From IMG/VR virus record IMGVR_UViG_3300027751_000037, positions 1-31,629 of that record: 31,629 bases of DNA. One strand, 5' to 3'. The notes beneath the pieces were generated by a model. That model was given only the letters and a program-made list of their open reading frames with translations. It made no database searches and was not told the origin of the DNA. Shown in pieces: positions 15,586-30,500 of the stretch (position 1 is the stretch's first letter; every line of letters begins with the position of its first letter). Made by a program: the position numbers and the translations under genes. The DNA comes from a virus (lineage: Duplodnaviria; Caudoviricetes).

Positions 15586-18500
15586 TGTCTTACGATAACG
15601 ATCAGACAGACGCACCTTTGCCAGCAGGCGGAAAAGGCGATAGAAAGAGTGTAGATTTACTTCCTAAGTATTTTAGAACACAAGCAAATAAGAAAATACT
15701 TTCGAGTACAATAGACCAACTTGTACAACCTGGCACAGCAGAAAAAATAAACGGTTACATGGGCCGCAAAAATGCAAAAGCATTTAAGGCCGGTGACACG
15801 TATATTGCTGACGTTACACAACAAAGACAAGATAGACAGTTAGAACCTGCTACTGTATCTGTAGACGATTTAGGCAATGTAAACTTTTTTGCAGATTACG
15901 CTGATTATGTTAACCAAGTTAAAAACTTTTCAGGTAACAACGAAGATCAAAGCAGATTAAACAGTCAAGAATATTATGCATGGAATCCAAATATAGACTG
16001 GGACAAGTTTACAAATTTCCGTGAATATTATTGGTTACCAAACGGTCCACAAACTGTATCAGTGTTTGGAAAAAGTTTAGAAGAAGCAAGCACATATACA
16101 GTTACTACAGAAGATCAAGGTGATAACGTAGTATACAAATTTTCTCCTCCGGGGTTTGAACCAAATCCTGCACTTACTTTATATAGAGGACAAACATATA
16201 CATTTGAAATAGACACACCAGGACATCCGTTTTCATTCTCAACTGATAGACGTTTTGCAGACGCACCGTTTACACTTGAAAAACAAGATGACGGTAGTTA
16301 TAAAGTTATATCAGGAAGTGCAGACAATGTGTCAAGCCTTTATGTACAAGGACTTACAGCAATAGATTTAGAGGGTAATGAAATTGATCCTGTAAATGTT
16401 GAAAAAGGTAGAATTACTTTTACTATACCATTTGAAGCACCAGAGCAATTATATTACACAAGTGGTAGTGACATTAACACAAGTGGCTATATTAAAGTTT
16501 TTGATATTATTGAAAACACACAAATTGATGTAAGCGATATCATAGGTAAGAAAAACTACACAAGTTCAAACAAAGTACAATTTACTAATGGACTTAAAGT
16601 AAAATTTGCTGGTAAAGTAACTCCGGAAATATATGCTAACGATGAGTGGTATGTTGAAGGTGTTGGTACTGATATTAGATTAGTTAAAGAAAGTGATTTA
16701 GTTATACCTGCAAGTTATGTAGGTGACAAATTAGTTCCATTTGATAGCGAAGGTTTTGACAGATTGCCGTTTGGTAATGCTAGTGCGTTTGCAGGAACAA
16801 AAGATTATGTTGTTATTAACAGATCAAGTGTTGACAGAAATGCTTGGACACGTTACAATAAATGGTTTCACAAAGATGTAATTGAAAAGTCTGCAGAATA
16901 CAACAACGAAGTAGCAAGCATTGATCAAAGTGGCAGAGCATCAAGGCCAATTATTGAATTTAACGCAGGACTAAAATTATTTAATTTTGGTACTCAAGCA
17001 AAAGACGATGTAGACTTAATTGATTACAAAACTACTGATGCATTTAGTACCGTAGAAGGCGGCACTGGATACAATGTAGACAACACAAATCTTGCAGACG
17101 GTATGCGTGTTATCTTTAATGCTGATACTGATAGAAATGTAAGAGGTAAAATTTACAAAGTTAACTTTATCTTAATTGACAATATTAGACAAATTAGTTT
17201 AGTAGAAGAAACTGATGCTACAGCACAAGTAAATGAAACAGTATTAATTAAAGGTGGCGACACATATAAAGGTAGACTGTTTTACTTTGATGGCACTAAT
17301 TGGAAAGAGTCACAAAGAAAGATACAAGTAAACCAGCAACCATTATTTGATGTTTTTGACGAAAGCGATGATAGTTTTGGTACTTACAATGCAAGCACAT
17401 TTAGTGGTACAGAATTATTTGCATATGCAAAAGGCACAGGTACAAATGATGCTGAATTAGGATTCCCATTATCATATAGAGCTATTGAAAACTTTGGCGA
17501 TATACAATTTAAATTTCCATTAGTAAGTGACTCATTTGTTTATGAAGAAAATAATAGTAATATTACTGTAAATGTTGAAACTGGTTATGTAAGAAAGTAT
17601 ACTGACCTAACATCATACGTAAGTGAAAACGGTTGGATTAAAGCAAATAAGCCAAGTTCACAAGCAATAGTAAGACAGTATGTAGCAGATACTACTGTAA
17701 ATGATTTTGCTGTAGATGTATTTGACCGTAGCGGTGACTTAAACGACCTAGTTGTTAAAGTTTATGTAAACAATACTTTTAAGAAAGAATCAACACATTA
17801 CGATATTAACAGAATAAATGGTGTTGCTTATGTAACATTTAAAACTGATTTAGAAACAGATGATATTGTATTATTAAGATGCTTTAGTAAAGCAACAAAA
17901 ACAGACAACGGTTATTACGAATTAGCATATAACTTAGAACGTAATCCTATGAATGAAAACATAGGAGATTTTACTATTGGTGAAGTTACAGATCATGTAA
18001 GCACAATAATTGAAAACACTTTTGATTATAACGGCAATAGATTTCCAGGCGTTAGTAATTTAAGAGATATTGGTAACCTAAGTCAATTTGGTACACGTTT
18101 TGTAAAACATACGGGACCTATTGCACTTGCAAGTTATCATCTTACAGATAAAAATGCAAATATTATAAAAGCACTAAAGTATGCTAGATTAGAATATGCA
18201 AAATACAAAAGATTATTTTTGCAAGTAGCAGATACTTTAGGGTATGATGGTCCAATTAAAGATCATGTAGATAAAATTATTGAAGAAATAAACAGTCAAA
18301 AAACTGACGGAATGCCGTTTTATTTCTCAGACATGATACCACATGGTGCATCTAAGCGTACATTACATATTGTAAAAGCAAGTGACGGCGTGTTTTATCC
18401 GCTTGCTAAAACATTTAGTTTATCAAATCTAAGTGAGAGAGGAGTTTTAGTATATCTTAACGATGTAGCTCTATGTCACGGTACAGATTACACATTTACA

Positions 18501-21500
18501 GCAGAAGGATTTGTAAACGTATCAGCAACACTTGCTGTTGATGACGAACTAGAAATTTACGAGTATGATACAACTGACGGTTGTTTTGTTCCTACTACAC
18601 CAACTAAGTTAGGATTGTATCCTGCTTATAAGCCTGAACTGTATTTAGACACTACGCAAGAAACACCGCGTAACGTAATTCAAGGACATGACGGAAGTAT
18701 TACTTTTGCGTATGGTGATTATCGTGATAATCTAATATTAGATTTTGAAAGAAGAATTTATAATAACCTAAAGCAAGCCTATAACACAGATGTTTTTGAT
18801 GTACATGAATTTGCAGGCGGCAACTATAGAGATACAGGGTTTAGCAGGCAAGACGTTGATAGTGCAATGGTAAGTGATTTTGTACAATGGTCAATAATTG
18901 CAGGCGATCCAAATTATACAGCAAATACTTTTTGGAAAGACACAGATACATTTAGATACAACTATAAAAATATGTCATCCCCAACAGGTAAACCATTACC
19001 AGGATTTTGGAGAGGTGTATACAAAGATGCATACGACACTGATCGTCCTCATACTCATCCTTGGGAAATGCTTGGCTTTACTATTAAGCCTTCATGGTGG
19101 GAAGCAGAATATGGCCCAGCACCGTATACTAGAAATAATTTTGTACTTTGGGAAGACCTTGAAAAAGGTTTAATAAAAGTTCCGGGCAAGCCTGCAACAG
19201 TTGATAATAGATATAAACGCCCAGGCTTAACAAATCATATTCCTGCAGACGAAAATGGAAATTTATTAAGTCCGTTAGATAGTAACTATGCACAAAACTT
19301 TGTTGCTGTAAGAACAAGAGATTCATATGCATTTGGAGACCATACTCCTACTGAAAGTGCGTGGAGAAAAAGTAGTGAATATCCATTTGCACTAATTACA
19401 AGTTGGTTACTAAATCAACCAGCAAAAGTAATGGGCACTGGCTTTGACTTATCAAGAATGCTAAGAAATAAAACAGGCAATCTTGTTTATAGTCCATCTA
19501 ATACAATTATTAGATTAAAAGATTTAGTATTTCCAAATACGTATACAGACAACCAACGTGTTATTACAAGTGGTCTTGTTAACTTTGTATACAACTACAT
19601 AGTTAGTGATATAAACACTAGTTATAATGAGTATCAAGCAGAGCTAAAAACTTTAAAAAATCAATTAGCACTTAAAGTTGGCGGATTTACTGACAAGAGT
19701 AAATTTAAATTAATATTAGATAGTAGAACACCTTTAAATGAAGGCAATGTATTTGTACCAGAAGAAAACTATAAATTATTTTTAAACACATCTGTACCTG
19801 TAGAAATTGCAAATTACAGCGGTGTTGTAATTCAGAAAAATACAAATGGTTATGTTGTAAAAGGATACGATCAGGCTTCAGCTGCATTTAACTATTATGA
19901 ACCTATACAAGCATCATCAGATCCTGTAATAAACATAGGCGGCATTTCAGAGTCATTTGTAAATTGGGATAGCGCAAAACAATATGTTAAAGGACAAAAT
20001 GTTCGATATAATAGTTTTTATTATAGAGTAAACTCAAGCCATGTTAGTGGTCCAAGTTTTGACGATACTAAAATGTCTAAGTTAGCAGAGCTTCCACTTG
20101 TAGGCGGTAGATCAAATGTACTTAGAAGAAAGTTTACAAATCGTGTTAACACTATACCTTATGGAACATTGCTTACAAGTACACAAGAAGTTGTTGACTT
20201 TTTATTAGGATATGAAGCATACTTAAAAGCACAAGGTTTTAAGTTTGAATATTATAACAAAGATATAAGTGTTGTCGAAGATTGGACATTTAGTGTAAAA
20301 GAATTTATGTTCTGGACTACACAAAATTGGGCGGCTGGTAGTGTACTAACAATAAGTCCGGCCGCACAACAGTTTACATTCAACAGACAATATATGGTTG
20401 TAGATAATATCTTTGATAATTTTTATGATTATAGTTTGTTAAAAGCAGACGGTCAAAAATTACAAAGATCGTTTAGTAGCATTGCTAGAGATACCGAAAA
20501 TGATTTTGGTCTAAGTGTTAGAAATACAGCAGATGGTATTTACAGCGTTAAACTACCATTGGTACAAAGAGAACATGTAATATTATTAGATAATAAAACT
20601 GTGTTTGGCGATGTTATATATGACCAAGAAGCAGGTTACAGACAAGAAAGAATTAAAGTTACTGGATACAGAAGTGATAACTGGTCCGGCGGACTAAACA
20701 TACCAGGCTTTATATATGACGAAGCAGAAGTAAGAGACTGGCAACAATACAAAGATTATGGTATTGGCAAATTAGTTAAGCATAAAGAATTTTATTACGT
20801 TGCATTGTCTAACGTAACTGGAACAGAAGTGTTTATTGATTCACAATGGGAACGTTTAGAAAATCGTCCACAGGCACAATTAGTTCCTAACTTTGAATAT
20901 AAAATTAATCAGTTTGCAGACTTTTATGACTTAGATACAGACAACTTTGATCTTGAACAACAAAAACATGCACAGCATTTAATTGGATATCAAAAACGTA
21001 AGTACTTAGAAAACATTATAAATGACGATGTAAGTCAGTATAAGTTTTATCAAGGAATGTTACAAGATAAAGGTACAAAAAATAGTTTAGTAAAACTGTT
21101 TGATGCTCTTGCAAGTGCTGATAAAGAAAGTTTAGAATTCTACGAAGAATGGGCAATTAGAGTTGGCCAGTACGGTGCTACTGATAATTTTGACGATGTT
21201 GAATTTTTAATTGACGAAAAACAAATTAAAACTAATCCACAGCCAATAGAGCTTGTAACTAATTTACCTGCTAATGATACCGACACTATTTATAAACTCA
21301 CCCCAGCAGACGTATATAAAAGACCTCAAAACTACGATCATAAACCGTTTCCGACTGTTGTAGATTACAAACAATTTACTAAAGACGCTGGATTTGTGTT
21401 TGATGCAGATGCTGCATATAGAATTAATGATAAGGCAGATATACTTACAGCTAATATTAATGTAATTGGTGCTAAGGATTATGTTTGGGTAACAGGCGAC

Positions 21501-24500
21501 GAACAGCCATGGGACGTTTTACAACATGTAACTACTGATATTAGAGTAACTAATATAACAGGGTTTGACGAAGGAGCTGACGCATTTGTTGGTGTAGACA
21601 ATCCAGGCGGCACAATCGAATTTGACAGATCACACTCTTTTAAAAGAGGCGATATAATTGGCTTGCAAAATACATCAACACAGAATGATGGTTTTTACAC
21701 TGTAGAAGTTGTAAAGCCTACTAGTGTAAATGTTCTTGCTGGTGCAAACAATAGTATCGAAGACCTAAGTGATATTAATGGTTACGTAAGTATTTTACGA
21801 TCAGTAAATTTTGACACTATAAAAGACGCAAACATTGTATTAGAAGAAAAAATAGCTGAAGACCAAAAAGTTTGGATTAATGGATCAACTAAAAATGACT
21901 GGGTAGTTGCTATACAAGATAATGTATACAATGATAAGTCGCATTATAATAATCCTAGCGATTACGACATTACATCTGCATATGAGTTTGGCTCTGCTAT
22001 ATCATCTAATAAAGCAAACACTAGATTAGCACTTGGCGATCATAGTGCTAATAGTTTAAATGGTAATGTTTACACTTATCAAAGAGGATCAAATTTAAGA
22101 GAGTTATTATTTGAAGACACGTTAACCTTGGACACTAATACATATCCAGTGGCAGACGGACATCGCTTTGGAGCAGACATTGACATAAGTGCAGACGGCA
22201 AATATTTAATTATTGGGTCAAGTACAGCAAGCGAAGTTGCTTCTAATTACCAAAACGATTATAGTAAAACTATAGCGTATAATGAAAACGATATTGTTAA
22301 GTATAGCGAAAACTATTGGAAGGCTGTAAGAACAATTACTCCTGAAAGTAACAGTATTGCATTTAGTACTTTTGACAGTTATGCAAACTTTGAAAGATCA
22401 AGTGATAGTAGTTTACTAACACTAATTTTACAAGGTAGTCCATACTTACCAAACACACAAACAGATCACTTGTTAATTGCTGCACCTTTTGATCAATATA
22501 GAGGTTCTAAGCCACAGGACAAACTAGTTCTTAAGTGGAACAATTATACAAACTTTAATAGAAACATAGGTAATGCAAGTCCTGTAGAAGTATTCCCAGA
22601 AGGTATTAACGCACAGAATTCAGCAGCATCATATACAGAGCCAACATCAACATTTATAAATGGCGAACATGTTATTGTAGAAAAGATTGATGCTGTATTA
22701 TTAGTAGAACCGTTTACTGATCCTCCAGTAGATGGCGACATAATAAATGCAGTTGGCGGCTCAGCAACAGTTTACAAAGCATTCCAAAGAGACTTTAAAC
22801 TTGTACTTTACATAAAAGATACAAATGGTGTTTTTGGACCAACTGGAACTATTACAAATAATAACGGAACACCAATTGGCGATTATACACAACCAAACTA
22901 TAACGGAACAACTGGTTCTGTAGGTGGCTGGTGGTATATTAACACAGGCACAACCTACTTAACTTCGGATGAATTTACAGAAACAAAAGATTTTGGCGTA
23001 CCAGGTTACGGTCTAATATATCAAGATGTATTAGTTTACAATGAAAATACTCAAACATATGCAAGAACTATACCAAACTTTTATGCAAATGGATTAGATG
23101 ATGTTGCAAGCACTATATTCCCAGATAGAGACGAACCAGTATTTGTTAGTGTTCTTTCTCATAGGGGTGCGGCATACGTAAATGTTGACGTTGACGGCGT
23201 ACAAAATATTGTAGACAACAGATGGTTGATGAGAATTCCGTCAAACTTAGCTGGAGAAATTACAACCGCAGGTGATCAGTTTAGAGCATATATTAATGAT
23301 CAAGCAGATTCTCCAGACTTTAATTTGTTAGGTATTGACCCCAGTTACATCAACGACAACTTACACACTGTTATAGATATGTGGGACGGTTATATTGACT
23401 TTACATTTACTAAAACACAGGGTGCTGATGTTGATATGTTATCAGATCCAGACGTTGACACTGGTGACTTCTTTGAACCTGCTTATGAAGGTAAAGTATT
23501 TTCAGATATAAACGGAAATATTATTAACATTAACGGAGCAGATGGCGACTTTATTAGAGATGAAATTACTGGCGCTAGAGGCCGCGTTGCATATTATATA
23601 AGACGTGCTGGAACCCAAGGTAGAGTATATCTTAAACTAGATCCTAACAATACTAGCAACTTTACTCAAGGTAACAGATTACTATTAGAAACATTAGAAG
23701 GACCATCGCAATTACCAAACCAACGTATTATGGGTCCAATTAACAAAATATCTCTTCCAGGAAATAATACAGGTAAAATTGCTGTTATGCAAAGGGGAAC
23801 TAACTTTCCTGCACACCCAGAATCATATGGCGGCTTACAGCAGTTTAGAGATTTAAATGCATTTGCACACATTAATAAAGAGTTTTGGGTTTACAAAGAA
23901 AACTTAACAGAAGCTGGTGCAGACGCTGCGGCAAGCATACCTAGCACATCAAATAGTGACTGGCGTCTTGTTTATAATTTACCAGTAGATACCAGCGGTT
24001 CGCAAGTAAGCAAACCTGTAAATCAAGGTGTATACAGTATCTTTAATAGAGTAGGAACCACATGGACCAACAGAGGAACATGGACAATTCCGGAAAGTAC
24101 TACAAACAGTAATGTTGGTAAACAAGTTGCTGTAACACAAGACGGCGAACTATACAGATTTTATGTAGGTTCAAAAGAGAACCTAACAGTTTTAAAGCAT
24201 GGTACAGACAAGTACGGTAAAAAATATAATTATGCATTAGATATTAATCCTCATTATAGAGGACCATACTCAGCTGATGCATCATATAAAACAGATGAAA
24301 TAGTTTTATATAACAATCAATTATATTCGGCACTTACATTTCTTAAAGGTGTTGTACCCACTGACACACTTAAATGGGCAACATTAAATAGTACAGTAAA
24401 TTATCTTCCATCATTACCAAATGATGTAAACATTTACAATGATCCAGTGTTTAATGATTTAGGCGAAGGTGTATTAGACTTTACAAAAGAAATAAGTGTA

Positions 24501-27500
24501 AGCGAAAACGGTCAAGTGCTTGCAATAAGTGTAATTACTGATACAAGTGTTGACCCTGATAACAAAGTACTTGTTTATAGAATATTAGATGACAGATATG
24601 TTTTTGATCAAACTATTGTTGCACCTATATCAAACACTGGTTGGGGAAGTAGTATAAGCCTTAGCGAAGATGGTGACACTTTAATAGTTGCTGATCCTGA
24701 AAGTGATGTACAAGGCTACAACACAGGCAAAGTATATGTCTATGCAAAAGTAAATGGAGCGTTTGAATTACATCAAACATTATCAGGTACAGGAACACTT
24801 AGTGAAAAGTTTGGTACTAAGGTTAGCATTTCACAAGATATTATTGCTGTAACAAGCGGCAATGGCGACATTATTACTGAAACAATATTTGATAACGGTA
24901 CTACGTCATTTGATGATACATTTACAACATACCCTGATAAAAGAATAGACAGTGGTAGCGTTAGGCTATATCAAAAAGTTAAAGACGCATATATACTTGC
25001 AGAAGAATTAGACTACGATGGCGATGATAATGTATTAGTTGCAAGTAGATTTGGCGAACAAGTTTTAATTAACAACAATCACATTTATGTAGGAGTTCCA
25101 GCAGATCCAAACTCGTATTATGATGAAGATATAAATCCTGGAAGTTTTGTTGACTATCAAGTTACACAAGATAAAAAACCATGGACATTATTAAGAACAC
25201 CAAATGAAGTTGTTGACACACAAAAAATTAAATCAGCATTCTTGTACAACGTAAAAACAAATCAATTATCTACATACTTAGATTATATTGATCCTATACA
25301 AGGTAAAATTGCAGGACCAGCAGAACAAGAATTAACATTTAAATCAAATATTGATTTTGCACGTTACAATGTTACAACATTACCTGACTACTTTAGTGAA
25401 ACTTCTAATTGGGAAGAACAACATGTTGGCAAACTATGGTGGGATTTATCTACAGCAAAATTCTTTAATGTATATCAAGAAGATATTACTAACCAGGCAA
25501 ACAACTGGAGCAAGTTAATACCTAACTACTCAGCTGATGTTTATGAATGGGTGGAAAGTGATATTGTTCCAGCAGATTGGGATAACCAAGCAGACACAGC
25601 CGCAGGCTTTGCAAAAGGCATAAGTGGATTATCTAAATACGGCAATGATGCATACAGCCAAAAATTAGTTTACGATCCTGTATCACAAACATTTAGCGAC
25701 AAATATTACTTTTGGGTTAAAAATAAAGTAACTGTTCCTGTTCAAGAAGCAAGAACAATTAGTGCATCTGAAGTTGCAAAATTAATTGCTAATCCAAGAG
25801 GACAAGGTTATAGTTTTGTAGCATTATTAAGTAATGATAGATTTGTTCTTTACAACTGTGAAAGTTTAATTAAAGACAAAGACATTGCTTTACATGTAAG
25901 TTACTATACACAAGATACACAAGAACAAAATAGACATTTTGAATATAGTCTGTTAACAGAAGGACTAGAAACAAGTGTACCTAAAGCAGACATAGAAAGA
26001 AAATGGATTGACAGTTTACTTGGTTACGATTCAAAAGGACGTATTGTTCCAGATCCTGAGTTAAGTGCAAAAGACAAATACGGTACATTAAATAGTCCAA
26101 GACAAAGTTGGTTTGTTAATAGACAAGAAGCATTTAAGCAAGTTGTTGAAAGAGCAAACTTAGCACTTCAAGAAACTATTATTGTAGATGACTTTAGTTT
26201 TAAAACTCTTAACAGTGAAGATGTCCAACCGTTTGTAACTGACAGAACATATGATTATAAAATTGATACATTAGATGAATTAAACTTTATTGGTATTAAT
26301 AAAATTAAAACAGCAACACTACAAGCATCGGTGCATGGTGGTGTAGTAACTGATATTAGAATTACTGATACTGGTAGAGGATATAACGATCCTACATACG
26401 ATAATACTACAAGTGTTGTAAGACACGGTCCAAGTTTTGAATTGTTTGGCAACGGTAGCGGATTAGACTTTAATTTAGAAATTAATAACCTAGGACAAGT
26501 TAGCAGAGTAAACATTATTAACGGTGGGTCTGGTTATGATGAAAATTTAATAATTGAGGTAAGACCACTCACAGTGTTAGTTGAAAACGATAGCACAGTT
26601 AACAACAAATGGGCTATTTACGAATGGAATAAATCATCAAGTCTTTGGGATAGAGTAAAGTCACAAAGTTACGATACAAAAGAATATTGGGATTATGTAG
26701 ACTGGTATGCAACAGGTTATACACAATTTACAAGAATTGATCACAGAGTTGATGAAAGTTATCAGTTAGCATCAGCAAATGCTAAGATTGACCAAATTGT
26801 TAAGATTGATAATATAGGTAACGGCGGCTGGCTACTATTAAAACGTGTTGCAGATACTAATTCTTTAGACTATACAATTGATTATGAAACTATTGGTAGA
26901 GAAAACGGTACAATAGAAATTAGTAGTAAAATTTACAATGTGATAGAAAATACGGTCGGGTATGATTTACTAGGCTATGACAACAGATTCTTTGATACTG
27001 AACCAGTAACTGAAGGTAGACAAATATTAACAGCATTAAAGAACGATATATTTGTAGATAACTTGGCAATTAAATGGCAAGAACTATTCCTTGCAAGTGT
27101 TAGATATGTATTGTCAGAACAACAAAATGTTGACTGGGTATATAAAACAAGTTTTGTAAAAGCAAAACATAATGTAGGCGAACTAGAGCAAAAGATAAAT
27201 TATCAAAATGATAATTTAAGTAGTTACAATGATTACATTAACGAAGTTAAACCTTATAAGACAAACATACGTGAATATCTAAGTTCTTATGAAAATGTAG
27301 ACAATACTAACACTCAAACAAGTGATTTTGATGTTCCTCCGTATTACGATTATACACAAAACGGAATAAAAACTAAATCTGTAAAAATTAAAGATAACGA
27401 GTTGCTTGGAGCAGATGCGTTCTTTGATGAATATCCATACCAGTCATGGAAAGAAAATTATGGATATAAAGTTACAGCAATTAATATTTACGATAGCGGA

Positions 27501-30500
27501 AGCAAATATACATATCCACCAACAGTAACTATTGCAGGCGGCGGCGGCACTGGCGCAACAGCAAGAGCATATATTGGCGCAGGCAAAGTAGTTAACATTG
27601 AAGTTACTAATCCAGGAAGCGGATATACTAGTGCGCCAACTATAACTATTAGCGGATCACAAGCAGATGGTTCTACAACAGCAATAGCATCAGCACAAAT
27701 TGGTAACAGTGTTGTTAGAAGTCTACAAGTTGGCATTAAGTTTGACAGAGTGTCCGGACAATACTTTATTACAACATTGCCTGAAACAGAAACATTTACA
27801 GGTACAGCAATAAACAATAAGTTTGATTTAAAATGGCCTATTAATTTAAAACGTAATAAAATAAAAGTTACAATTAATGGCACATTATTGTTACGTAGTG
27901 AATATGCATTTACTAACATAGATGATAAAACATATACATATGCTAGACAAAAAGGTCAAATACAGTTTAGTAACACTCCTGCATTAGGAAGTATTATCGT
28001 AGTTGAATACGAAAAAGATCCTGCAATATTAAATGCACAAGATAGAATTAATCACTTGTATAATCCTACAACAGGAATGCTTGGTAAAGATTTATCACAA
28101 CTAATGGTTGGTGTTGACTACGGTGGTGTAGAAGTTAAGAGCTTTGGCTTTGAAGGTACATCAGGGTGGATGACCGACGAATATGGAACAGACACTTGGG
28201 ACAGTTACGATAACACATTTGAAGATGAAATATTCTTTGCAGATGGTACAACTGTTGCTATTGAACTTTCTAAACCTTTAGAAGACGGTGTTGAGTATAA
28301 TGTTTACTTAAAACGCTCTAGTGAAACGAAGGCAATTAGAATTGATGATCCTAACTATGGTAATAATCCTACTAATACATTAGCAATGATGCAAACACTA
28401 ACAGGTGACGGTGTAACACAAATAATAAACTTAGCAGAAAATGATATTGAAGTTGCAGATGGTGATATTGTTACTATTAGAAAAACAACTTCAGATGGTA
28501 GTTTTAAACCAGACGGTGATAGTTACGATACAATACTTGAAGGCGGCGCCCTAACTTATGGTTATGCTGGTGGTATTAACGCAGACGACATTATCTTAGA
28601 CGGAGATTTATTTGTTACTCCGTTAACAACAGGCGGTCCAGAAGAATTAGTTAATGGTCAAGTTATGGACTCTGTTAATATAACAGTTTATGAAAGAAAC
28701 GGTGAAGGTCAGGGACAAATATATAATCAAAATTACTTAACTGATGGCACAACTACAACTTATCCACTAGGGTTAGCACCACACAGTAACGATGCTGTAA
28801 TTGTTAAACTAGGTAATACAATAGTTGATAAAGCACAGTACACATTAGATTACACAGCCCTTACAGTAATATTTAACAATGCACCTACAACAGACCAAGT
28901 ACTAACAATACTTACAGTTGGAATAAACGGAGAAAATATAATTGATCTTGGAGTATTGTTTACAGTAGAAGGACAAAGTTCGTATGTAACAAATGTTTTA
29001 TGGAGCGATAGTTATGCAGTTTATCTTAGAAAAGATGGACAAGAGCCAGACGGACCTGAATTGATTGCTAAGAAAAGTGATACAGGCTTTATTGAATTTG
29101 TGTTTAGTCCAGTACCGCCCCCAGAAGGCACAAGATTAGATTATGAAATTTACTCTAATAATACACAAATTAATTATAGTAAAATACAAAAAGACAATAT
29201 TATTGCTGACGGCTCAAGTGTTACATATAACTTATCAACTAGTGCAATATACGAAACACCTGCAGAGTTCTTTAGCATTGTAGAAGTTAATGGTGCTATT
29301 AAAAAGCCAGGTTACTCAAAAGTATTCCATATTACAGATGCAACACGAAGAGAATATACTTTAGAAACATTCCAAGTACAAGAGTCAACTCTAAGTGCTG
29401 CTGATACTGAAGTATATCTTAATGGTAAATTATTAAACCAGCAAGATAGTTATAGTGTTAACATTGGTCAAAGTAGTATTACAATAGGAAGTAATATTTT
29501 GTCACAAGGTGATATACTAAGTGTTTACTTTAGAAATGGTGATTATCGTGTTATTGGTAATCAAGTTACATTTACGGATTTACCAGCAGAAGACGATACT
29601 ATAAATGTTTACACATTTAGTAATCATGATATATTAGATATTAACCGTATAAGTTATGATGTTATTAATAGAAGTGCATTAACGCCTGGATCAGATAACT
29701 ATTCAGCGTACCATCAATTAACAGGTGGTAGAGTATTATTAAATCAACCAGCCAGCGGTGTTGAATATGTTTGGATATTTAAAAACGGTTCCATGTTATC
29801 ACCAAGTGTAGATTATAAGTTACAGAGTAACATGAGAATAATTGAGCTTGTTAATGAACCTGCCGAAAATGATACAATAGATATTATACACTTTACAGCA
29901 CCAATTAGTACACCAACTATTGCATGGCAACAGTTTAAAGATATTCTTAATAGAACACACTATAAACGTGTTGACAATAACGATGGTGTAAAACTAGCAC
30001 AAGATTTAGCATTTAATGATCTTAGAATTGTTGTTGTTGAAGGAGCAGATAGATTACCGAGACCAGATAAGCGTTCTAATAAACCAGGCATTATTTGGAT
30101 TGGCGGCGAACGTATTGAGTACTTTGCAAAAACAGGCAATGACTTAAGACAGTTACGTAGAGGCACATTAGGAACAGGTATTGCATCAATACACAGTGCA
30201 GGATCTAGAGTTTACGGTGCAGGAGTAGAGAAGAATATTCCATATACTGATCAAACTATAGTTTGGTCGCCAGTTGATGCTGTAACCGAAGGACAAACGG
30301 AATTCACACTTGATTTTACACCTAACAGTGTAAATGAGTTTGAAGTGTTTGCTGCAGGAAAGAGGTTAAATAAGGCTGCTATAGCTACATTTGATCCCGT
30401 ACTTGCAATTGATTCACCTGAAGGTGACGTAAATACACCAGCAGAGTTCACTGTAAATGGCAATACATTAACACTAACAAGTCCAATGAAAGCAGATCAA

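Noticed and set aside
18898-19173. Alternative-frame plus-strand 91-aa ORF with a hydrophobic stretch
   Set aside because: Nested in the giant gene with a non-ATG start and no SD. No lipobox or spanin context.
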